IMG/VR virus record: IMGVR_UViG_2541047753_000005
Direction: 5' to 3' (one strand)
DNA from: a virus
Taxonomy: Duplodnaviria; Heunggongvirae; Uroviricota; Caudoviricetes
Length of the DNA: 20,031 bases
Position numbers and translations under genes: made by a program. Below the pieces are notes generated by a model. It was not told the DNA's origin, did not search any database, and saw only the letters and a list, made by a program, of their open reading frames with translations. Shown here in pieces: positions 1 to 7,006 of this stretch. How positions within the stretch are numbered: the stretch's first letter is position 1; each line of letters starts with the position of its first letter.

Positions 1-1260
1 ATGCCAAAACTCACAGATATGCAGATCCGCGCATGGATAAAGGCGGGAGACAGATTTGATGGCAAGGCAGACGGCAACGGCCTTTATATTTGCTACCCAA
101 AAAACTACACAGTCCCGTTCTGGCGATTCCGCTATAAGCTCGCAGGAAAGCAGCGGGCTATGGTTATAGGCTCTTACTCCGAACTGTCACTATCAAAAGC
201 CAGAGAAACAGCAAAAGAGCTGTCAGCCAGAGTTGCTCTTGGCTATGACGTAGCAGCAGAGAAACAGGAACGAAAAGCTGAAGCACTGGCAAAAATGGAG
301 GCTGAGAAAAACGCCATGCGCGTTTCAGATCTGGCCGCCGAATACTTCGAGCGCCAGATACTTCCAAGATGGAAACATCCCGATATCCTTCGCCGGAGAA
401 TTGATAAGGATATTAACCCCTGCATTGGGCATATGAAGGTGGAGGACGTTAAGCCACGCCACATTGACGACATGTTGAAAGGTATCGTTGACCGAGGAGC
501 ACCAACGATAGCAACAGATGTATTACGCTGGACACGCCGTATCTTTGACTATGGGATAAAACGCCACGCTCTGGAGATAAACCCTTGTTCAGCGTTTGAA
601 GTATCTGATGCTGGTGGTAAAGAGGTTTCCCGCGACCGTTGGCTAACTCGCGATGAGCTTATCAGGCTATTCGAGGCTATGCGCACCGCAAAAGGATTCA
701 GCCGCCAGAACGAACTGACATTTAAGCTATTGCTGGCACTATGCGTTCGTAAGATGGAGTTATGCGCCGCACGATGGGAAGAGTTTGATTTAGATGGTGC
801 GGTATGGCATTTGCCGGAAGAACGCAGCAAAAACGGAGACCCTATTGATATACCTCTACCTTCCCCAGCCGTTGAATGGTTGAGAGAGCTACACACCTTT
901 TCATGTAATAGCGCATGGGTGCTTCCAGCCAGGAAGATGCAAAACAGAATGATCCCACATATTCAGGAAAGCACTTTGCCCGTAGCACTGGCTAAGGTTC
1001 GCGCCGAAATACCGGATGTGCCTAATTTCACGATTCACGACTTCCGACGCACCGCACGTACTCATTTAGCAGCGTTGGGTGTTGATCCTGTCGTGGCGGA
1101 ACGATGCCTCAATCATCGTATTAAGGGCGTAGAGGGGATTTATAACCGCCATCAGTATTTTGATGAGCGTAAAGCAGCACTGGCACAGTGGGCTGATCTG
1201 CTGGTGGCACTGGAAAGCGGAAAAGACCACAACGTAACGCCTCTCAGAAGGGCGAACTAA
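1..1260 (+). CDS. int: P4-family tyrosine integrase
   Basis: 419-aa ORF beginning exactly at window nt 1. C-terminal HDFRRT ... GIYNRHQY (His-x-x-Arg box and catalytic Tyr) and N-terminal LTD / DGNGLY / WRFRY segments are typical of P4-type integrases. The attachment site (normally a tRNA 3' end just upstream) is outside the window. Confidence 0.9.
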   Translation: MPKLTDMQIRAWIKAGDRFDGKADGNGLYICYPKNYTVPFWRFRYKLAGKQRAMVIGSYSELSLSKARETAKELSARVALGYDVAAEKQERKAEALAKMEAEKNAMRVSDLAAEYFERQILPRWKHPDILRRRIDKDINPCIGHMKVEDVKPRHIDDMLKGIVDRGAPTIATDVLRWTRRIFDYGIKRHALEINPCSAFEVSDAGGKEVSRDRWLTRDELIRLFEAMRTAKGFSRQNELTFKLLLALCVRKMELCAARWEEFDLDGAVWHLPEERSKNGDPIDIPLPSPAVEWLRELHTFSCNSAWVLPARKMQNRMIPHIQESTLPVALAKVRAEIPDVPNFTIHDFRRTARTHLAALGVDPVVAERCLNHRIKGVEGIYNRHQYFDERKAALAQWADLLVALESGKDHNVTPLRRAN

Positions 1261-1355
1261 CTGAATAGATTGAGCCTAGCTCGACGGGGCGAAAAGCGGG
1301 AAGCCTTACCGCCTGGCTCAATCACAAAATAAGGCGCAGCGTAAAAGGTGACGCA

Positions 1356-2201
1356 ATGAAAAAACTACCACCAAATCTCTTTTTCCGACTTAATAGAGCA
1401 GCAAATTTATTAGAAATAGAAGTCGATGATCTTCTACTTATGGGAGTATCAGGCTCTATATTTTTGAGCACAATAATTCACCAGTATGAAGGTGTACTCT
1501 ATCAAGCGGGAAACTTGCCACCAGACCACGGCAGCAAAGACATAGAAAACTTATTATTTGGTTCTATTATTTCTACTAGAGAAGATACCGAAAGATATCT
1601 AAATGAAGGTGTTTTCGATGGTATGAAGTGCTTAGCAAGTGGATTATGGCACGTTCCTAGTGATTTCATTGCTTCCCTTGCAGGGGTTAAGAGAGCCCCT
1701 GACATTCCACTCATATTCTCACCAGCATATATAAAAAAAGAACTAGATATCACATCAGGACGTTACTTTTTCTACGATTTTCGCGAACATGATACCACCG
1801 TATCGTCTGTGGAAGATTTGTATATATCAAGACCGTGGGTTGAATATATAGCTGAAAGCATGGATAAAAATCAGCCAATACCCAGCATACTCCATTTGGG
1901 TTCACACGATCTTTATGAAAAGGAATTTAAAAACATAGAGCATGGAAATAGAGCACGACATAGCCTGAACCGTGAGAATAGCATTATGGCGTTGATTTAT
2001 GTGAAACGGCACTATCCGGAAGAGTGCAAAGGGAAAAACGGGAAAGAAACCAACGAAGCGTGGGCAAACGCTACGATAGACCACTGGCCACATGTGGGTG
2101 GCGATTATGATGAACCATCTACAGATTATTTAAAGAAGATCATATCTGACATGGACAGATTGCCGGAAAAACGTACCACGGCAGGAAAGAAGAAATCATG
2201 A
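1356..2201 (+). CDS. hypothetical protein, AT-rich orphan cargo gene between int and alpA
   Basis: 281-aa ORF with AAGGTG Shine-Dalgarno about 5 nt before the ATG. Visibly AT-richer than flanking int and alpA. No motif I can assign to a family. Confidence 0.7.
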   Translation: MKKLPPNLFFRLNRAANLLEIEVDDLLLMGVSGSIFLSTIIHQYEGVLYQAGNLPPDHGSKDIENLLFGSIISTREDTERYLNEGVFDGMKCLASGLWHVPSDFIASLAGVKRAPDIPLIFSPAYIKKELDITSGRYFFYDFREHDTTVSSVEDLYISRPWVEYIAESMDKNQPIPSILHLGSHDLYEKEFKNIEHGNRARHSLNRENSIMALIYVKRHYPEECKGKNGKETNEAWANATIDHWPHVGGDYDEPSTDYLKKIISDMDRLPEKRTTAGKKKS

Positions 2202-2313
2202 TAATAAAATTTAGTATCGTGACAATAAAATTTACTGTAATTCACTTTTGAGCATGCACACCATTAAATACCCGTAACGAAGCAACAACTATCGCTAAGA
2301 GGTTACGGGAAGC

Positions 2314-2517
2314 ATGAACACCGACACGATTCCTACAAAAGGCTATATCAGACGCTTTCGCCTGGCTGAATTGCTGGGCGTTAGTGTATCCACCATCGAC
2401 CGTAAAGTAAGAAACGGTTCACTACCACGTCCGGTAAAGCTGGGAGAAAAAATAACTGCGTTTGATGCGGTTGAGATTCACAACTGGCTGGCAGAACGCC
2501 GCGGGAAGGTGGCCTGA
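2314..2517 (+). CDS. alpA: AlpA/Vis-family helix-turn-helix prophage regulator (excisionase-like)
   Basis: 67-aa ORF; HTH-like segment RLAELLGVSVSTIDRKVRNGSLPRPVKLG with C-terminal W/acidic tail typical of AlpA-family proteins. The int-X-alpA order matches CP4-57-like islands. Confidence 0.8.
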   Translation: MNTDTIPTKGYIRRFRLAELLGVSVSTIDRKVRNGSLPRPVKLGEKITAFDAVEIHNWLAERRGKVA

Positions 2518-2948
2518 TGGAAAAGAAAAACCGCCCATTACAGGCGGCTAATTCAGATACTCGCGTATCTGATGTTACGCCCCTTACAAAATCCCTTCAA
2601 GCACCAAAGCGCACACCGAAAAAGCATCGTGCCAGAGTCTATATGCTGCGTACTGGTATAGAGGGATGGACAGAAAATGACATTCTTCGCTACTGCCGTC
2701 TGTCTTCTGGTCGTAACTATGCAACAGAGTTAGAACGCCAGCTTGGAATCACTCTGGAGCGTATCGACGAAAAGAATCCTGATGGTATCGGAACACACCT
2801 TCGCTACCGTTTCTCCTGCCGCGGTGATGTTCTGAAAGTGATCACTCATATTAACCATCTTGCGAACATAAATGATCACAACGGACTTTCTCAGCAGGAA
2901 ATTGCCGACATTCTGAAACTCTACCCGGACGCGTTTAACGCCGCCTAA
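2517..2948 (+). CDS. hypothetical protein
   Basis: 143-aa ORF; its ATG overlaps the alpA stop (cTGATGg), suggesting translational coupling; GAAGGTGG Shine-Dalgarno upstream; basic N-terminus. Confidence 0.65.
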   Translation: MEKKNRPLQAANSDTRVSDVTPLTKSLQAPKRTPKKHRARVYMLRTGIEGWTENDILRYCRLSSGRNYATELERQLGITLERIDEKNPDGIGTHLRYRFSCRGDVLKVITHINHLANINDHNGLSQQEIADILKLYPDAFNAA

Positions 2949-2960
2949 CGGAGACTGAAA

Positions 2961-3794
2961 ATGAACATCGAAAAAAGCAGATTAATTTCTGAGGCCGCCC
3001 CTCATCTGAACGCCTCTCTGGGCACAATTAACGGTAATGAATTTGCCGCAATTGTCCCAGTTATTCCTGGTCACATCGGTGGGCGTGAAACCAATATTGT
3101 TAGCGCAAAAGCGTTACACAAAGCGTTGGGCGTGGGAAAAGACTTCTCTACATGGATCACTGATCGCATCTCTGAATATGACTTCACCATTGGGCACGAT
3201 TACTCAGTCCATAAAACAATTTCCCCAAATTTGGGGAAAAGCCCGAATGGCGCGGCTTACAGCAAGATTAAGCAGTCTGGCAGACCCGGCAAAGACTATC
3301 TGTTAAGTGTCGGAATGGCGAAAGAACTGGCAATGATCGAACGCAATGATCAGGGTCGCGCTATCCGTCGTTATTTCATCCAGTGCGAGGAAGAATTACA
3401 GCGTAGCGTGCCTGAAATCGCCGCCCGCTATCGTCGCCAGCTAAAAGCCCGTATCAGTGCCGCAAACAACTTTAAGCCAATGTGCGATGCGCTGAATATG
3501 GCCCGTGCCGAGCAGGGGAAAACGACGCAGCAACACCACTACACAAACGAGAGCAATATGATTTCTCGTATCGTTCTTGGAGGGCTAACTGCTAAGCAGT
3601 GGGCGCGGATAAATGGCTATTCTGGCGAACCTCGCGACCATATGAACGCAGAACAGCTTGAGCACCTCTCATATCTCGAAAGCACCAATATCACGTTAAT
3701 TGATATGGGCATGGAATATGAGCAGCGCAAAGGAGAACTCACCCGCCTGTCGCAACGCTGGCTCGCCAAGCGTCTGGAGGCGGTCCATGTTTAA
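2961..3794 (+). CDS. phage antirepressor-like protein (AntA-like N-terminal domain plus KilAC-like C-terminal domain)
   Basis: 277-aa ORF with GGAGA Shine-Dalgarno. N-terminal segment SAKALHKALGVGKDFSTWITDRISEYDF resembles AntA/Rha-type antirepressor domains; KDYLLSVGMAKELAMIERNDQGRAIRRYFIQCEEEL resembles KilAC domains. Assignment from memory. Confidence 0.65.
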   Translation: MNIEKSRLISEAAPHLNASLGTINGNEFAAIVPVIPGHIGGRETNIVSAKALHKALGVGKDFSTWITDRISEYDFTIGHDYSVHKTISPNLGKSPNGAAYSKIKQSGRPGKDYLLSVGMAKELAMIERNDQGRAIRRYFIQCEEELQRSVPEIAARYRRQLKARISAANNFKPMCDALNMARAEQGKTTQQHHYTNESNMISRIVLGGLTAKQWARINGYSGEPRDHMNAEQLEHLSYLESTNITLIDMGMEYEQRKGELTRLSQRWLAKRLEAVHV

Positions 3795-3969
3795 GCCGAC
3801 AGGAACACCACAACCTCAAAAACGCTACAAAGATGCCCACGGAGCACTCGTTACTGTCGAAAGCGTGTCTCACAACCGAGTGACGTTTTATCGCGACGGG
3901 TATCAATCGCCATGCGTACAACCGCTGGCGCGCTTCATGAAGGAGTTCGCGGAGGTTAACAAATGCTAA
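3787..3969 (+). CDS. small hypothetical protein (60 aa)
   Basis: ATG at 3787 is preceded by GGAGG at about 6 nt and overlaps the antirepressor stop (ATGTTTAA); its own stop overlaps the next ATG (ATGCTAA). Confidence 0.55.
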   Translation: MFKPTGTPQPQKRYKDAHGALVTVESVSHNRVTFYRDGYQSPCVQPLARFMKEFAEVNKC

Positions 3970-5030
3970 CCGTCCAGAAGAAGATATTTTCACTGGCTGG
4001 TATGTCGCCAAAATCCAGCAATATAACAGCAAAGTCTGGCATTAATACAGCAGATACAAGCAAAGTTTATCATTTTCTGGTGGTAGGAGCGGATGCCTTA
4101 ACTATGTCAGAAATTACGGTCGATAGTGTTAGCGTTGAGAAGGTCGGCGGCTGCGCCAGAGAATTTCTGGTCGTAGATGGCTTTCTCTGCTCGCGTAGTG
4201 ACTCCACAAAAACCTTCGTCCACACGCGCGACGTTAACGAAATGAGCGCGATGTATTGTGCATCTGGTGCTTCCAATAGTGAGTTTTCGGAGTCCATAAA
4301 AAAGAGCTTGCCGTTATGCGGCAACACGGTTTATGGTTATAAGGCACCTCATAAAACGGGTGCCGGGATTGGCGTCCTGGTAAATCGAATGGCGACATAT
4401 GACGCGCCGAGCGTCTTTTTTTATGTCGTAGGTCTGACTCACCCATTTTTTGGGCGTTGGTGTATAATCCAGCGCCTTTGTCAATCAATGGTGGCTCAGG
4501 CAGGGGCTTCTTCGGAAGCGCCGGTATCCATTCGAGCCGGTTACGCCAACCCTGTCTGGGCTACCACCAGCGAAATTGGCGTTTCCGGTGGTAGCGTTAC
4601 ATGCTATCGAATGGAGGCTGCCACATGCTGGCTACTACCCCTACCCAAAAACCGCAATTTATCTGGATTATCGCCGCAGTTCGCCGCGATTGCCCGACAA
4701 TTACCGCCAAAATTCATCATATTGCTGCCGAGTCTGAACGCGATGCTCGCCGTTCTCTGGTGCGCGATCACGTCTGCTTTTTTGCTGGTCGTATCCGCAT
4801 GGAGGTGGCACATGATTAAAACCTACGATGTGCATATGGATCCCCTCGAACGCACAAGCCAGATCATCACACTGACAGAAGTGATTAACGACATTCTGGT
4901 GAGCAACTCTCCCTCACGAGACGAAAGACTGAAGGCGTTACTCGCGATATTGGATCTCGCCGTTCGTGACGTTCATTTCCTGCTGGAAGGTGGCGAAATG
5001 CCAGGAAAAACGGGGGCAACCAATGAATAA
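3963..5030 (+). CDS. hypothetical protein; extent uncertain (may be a shorter 5' gene plus untranslated leader plus a separate 72-aa gene at 4813..5030)
   Basis: ATG at 3963 has GGAGG about 7 nt upstream and is coupled to the preceding gene, so a real gene starts here. A 355-codon open frame is very unlikely by chance at this base composition. However the central part is compositionally odd, contains an extended -10 (TGTATAAT, 4461-4468) and stable hairpins, and the in-frame ATG at 4813 has its own strong GGAGGTGG Shine-Dalgarno. Confidence 0.35.
   Translation: MLTVQKKIFSLAGMSPKSSNITAKSGINTADTSKVYHFLVVGADALTMSEITVDSVSVEKVGGCAREFLVVDGFLCSRSDSTKTFVHTRDVNEMSAMYCASGASNSEFSESIKKSLPLCGNTVYGYKAPHKTGAGIGVLVNRMATYDAPSVFFYVVGLTHPFFGRWCIIQRLCQSMVAQAGASSEAPVSIRAGYANPVWATTSEIGVSGGSVTCYRMEAATCWLLPLPKNRNLSGLSPQFAAIARQLPPKFIILLPSLNAMLAVLWCAITSAFLLVVSAWRWHMIKTYDVHMDPLERTSQIITLTEVINDILVSNSPSRDERLKALLAILDLAVRDVHFLLEGGEMPGKTGATNE
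4461..4468 (+). promoter_or_regulatory. candidate extended -10 promoter element (TGTATAAT) ahead of the small-gene/primase operon
   Basis: Perfect TGnTATAAT at 4461-4468 with no convincing -35; preceded by a short GC hairpin plus T7 run (4401-4422). Position is analogous to the early promoter driving the primase operon in P4-type elements. Confidence 0.35.
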
Positions 5031-5217
5031 CTCAATTAATGCCCCTCGACTTACGTCCGCACTTCAATTAATCGAGCAAGCAGCGGCTGTCCTGGTTGCT
5101 GTCAGTCTTTCGGCTGAAGAAATGGACGCTGCTGATGTCGTGGATGCGATTAAAGCGTGCTCATCTTTGGTTAACGATGCCCGTGCAGAGCTGGTAATTC
5201 TTGGGGGTGAAAAATGA
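5023..5217 (+). CDS. small hypothetical protein (64 aa)
   Basis: ATG overlaps the upstream stop (ATGAATAA); reading frame uninterrupted; belongs to a chain of stop/start-overlapping genes leading to the primase. Confidence 0.6.
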   Translation: MNNSINAPRLTSALQLIEQAAAVLVAVSLSAEEMDAADVVDAIKACSSLVNDARAELVILGGEK

Positions 5218-5477
5218 ATATCAACTTAATTTATCGTCATCCGTGTGAGCTGGAAATTGAATCATTGCTGAGTCGTGAAGAGCTATATCCAGACACATTC
5301 ACTCTTGCAGATCGCACGACTGAACGGCTTACCAGAGCGCGCACAGGTCTGGTTCATGTGATGAATGAGATTCTTCCATCGGTGGGAGGGGAACAGGCGA
5401 CAGTAATCAATAGCTGGCTACAAAAAGTTACCTCCCTGATAGATATCAGTTTAATCGATGCGGAGAGTGCGAAATGA
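5214..5477 (+). CDS. small hypothetical protein (87 aa)
   Basis: ATG overlaps the upstream stop (ATGA); GGGGTGA Shine-Dalgarno-like sequence upstream. Confidence 0.6.
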   Translation: MNINLIYRHPCELEIESLLSREELYPDTFTLADRTTERLTRARTGLVHVMNEILPSVGGEQATVINSWLQKVTSLIDISLIDAESAK

Positions 5478-5695
5478 CCAACATCCAGCTCATTGAAGCG
5501 CAATGTCGCATCGAACAGGTTCAGACTGTTTTAGGGTTCTGGCTTGAAGGGGCCAGCCCCAGCAACAGAGACAAGTTAATGATTGGCGCGGTTATGTCAC
5601 TGCTCAATGGCGTACCAGAAGCTATTCAGGAAGCAGACGAATTGTTGGGCAAATATGAGTTACAGAATCATTCAGGCGAGGCGAAACATGAATAA
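5474..5695 (+). CDS. small hypothetical protein (73 aa)
   Basis: ATG overlaps the upstream stop (ATGA); GGAGAG upstream. Confidence 0.6.
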   Translation: MTNIQLIEAQCRIEQVQTVLGFWLEGASPSNRDKLMIGAVMSLLNGVPEAIQEADELLGKYELQNHSGEAKHE

Positions 5696-6290
5696 TTTCT
5701 TAACCTTCCATGCAGAAGCAACGCCTGACGGCGTAAACATCATGCACCGCAGCAACGATGGCATGACAGAACGCGTTGAGACCGTTTCATATATTGATGC
5801 CGTAAATCGTCTGGATGCCGGGGATTATGACGATAAACCAGATGAAGGTATGTCAATACATCTCGCTATTGCCGATGGCGGCAACCAGGGATATTTCGAT
5901 TACACATCACAGCATAACGTCATTATGTGGAGATGGCTGATCGCAACAGTATTCATGCTGGAAATGAGAGAGGAAAACGGCACTGTCAGCATCATTGATG
6001 ATACTGGCAATCCTTCCGAAGTGGCTGTTTATTCCAACGGCATCGTCGCCATGCCGCTGTATCCAGTAGCAGAGCGCCTCGCTATGGCAAACAACATTGA
6101 GGGCGCGATGATAGAACGTTTTGGCATCGAGTCTGGCACAGAACGCGCCATCATTTTCTACAGAGCCATGATGGATGTGGAACAAGGAGCACTGACTCCA
6201 TTTGGTCGTGAAACGCTTGCTGAACTTCACTACAGCTTTATAGCTGAACTGAATGAAAACGGCATGCCAGCGGAACCAGTGACGCACTGA
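5688..6290 (+). CDS. hypothetical protein (200 aa)
   Basis: ATG at 5688 overlaps the upstream stop (ATGAATAA); the ORF-track start at 5583 is probably too long. Acidic protein, no recognised motif. Confidence 0.65.
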   Translation: MNNFLTFHAEATPDGVNIMHRSNDGMTERVETVSYIDAVNRLDAGDYDDKPDEGMSIHLAIADGGNQGYFDYTSQHNVIMWRWLIATVFMLEMREENGTVSIIDDTGNPSEVAVYSNGIVAMPLYPVAERLAMANNIEGAMIERFGIESGTERAIIFYRAMMDVEQGALTPFGRETLAELHYSFIAELNENGMPAEPVTH

Positions 6291-6300
6291 GGATGGAGCC

Positions 6301-6642
6301 ATGATTACTAAAAATTTCCGACTGAATGCGCTGGCAAATAAGTATGCGTCGGCACTGTATAACCACATTACCTCCACCAGCGGCGGGGACTATTTCATGG
6401 TTGATGCGGACGGCGAGGCCGTCCGTGTGGAAATCGTCAATGGAATAAAAGGCGTTCGCAGCCTGATCGATAGCTACACACTGGCAGCCATGAAAGTGTT
6501 CTACCCGCAGTGGGAAACCGTGGTGATAGAGCTTCTTGATCGTTGCGTCACTAAGGACGGATTGACTGACGTCGGGCGTGAGATATGGCAAAGCATGGTT
6601 AATGACATGGGCGCAACTGTAGCGGGAGGTTCTCATGCGTGA
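6301..6642 (+). CDS. hypothetical protein (113 aa)
   Basis: GAGGATGGAG upstream of ATG; stop overlaps the next gene. Confidence 0.65.
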   Translation: MITKNFRLNALANKYASALYNHITSTSGGDYFMVDADGEAVRVEIVNGIKGVRSLIDSYTLAAMKVFYPQWETVVIELLDRCVTKDGLTDVGREIWQSMVNDMGATVAGGSHA

Positions 6643-7006
6643 AAATGCAGAAATGGCGCTTAGCTCCGCAATCGGAGAGCAGGTGGCAAAGATTGCTGGC
6701 GCTGTGTGGATTCATAACCTTCATTCTACTAGTGAAGAGAAAATGGCAATTCAGACGCCAGAGGGACGCACCATTACTACATCTCTGAAGCCGTCAGATG
6801 TTTGTGATCTGATTTGCGCATTCATGTACCCAGCAATGAGGACTGTCCACGGCGATAAGTGGAAACTTGCGACAACCGCTGAATTTGATATGTGGCTAAA
6901 CAATGATGGCATGCTGACTGATTACGGAATAACCAAGTGGCAGATGCTGGTTAGCCATATCGCAAACGCTATAGACCACGTGGGGTACGGTGATGCGAAA
7001 CATTGA
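6635..7006 (+). CDS. hypothetical protein (123 aa)
   Basis: GGGAGG 5 nt upstream of ATG; 3' end overlaps the primase start. Confidence 0.65.
   Translation: MRENAEMALSSAIGEQVAKIAGAVWIHNLHSTSEEKMAIQTPEGRTITTSLKPSDVCDLICAFMYPAMRTVHGDKWKLATTAEFDMWLNNDGMLTDYGITKWQMLVSHIANAIDHVGYGDAKH

Noticed and set aside
164-896. Minus-strand ORFs 164..367, 243..473 and 549..896 inside the integrase gene
   Set aside because: Antisense shadow frames within a well-supported integrase; no ribosome-binding sites; unnatural Ser/Arg/Leu-rich composition.
1502-2093. Minus-strand ORFs 1502..1753 and 1902..2093 inside the 281-aa gene
   Set aside because: Shadow frames opposite a gene with a good Shine-Dalgarno; not protein-like.
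3037-3306. Alternative-frame plus-strand ORF inside the antirepressor gene
   Set aside because: Overlaps the antirepressor in a different frame; the antirepressor frame carries the recognisable domain motifs.
3739-4819. Minus-strand ORFs 3739..4032, 4070..4327, 4234..4488, 4604..4813 and plus ORF 4601..4819
   Set aside because: Overlap coupled plus-strand genes or the leader region; no start signals; low-complexity translations.
5907-6636. Minus-strand ORFs 5907..6377 and 6238..6636
   Set aside because: Antisense to the coupled small-gene operon; no ribosome-binding sites.
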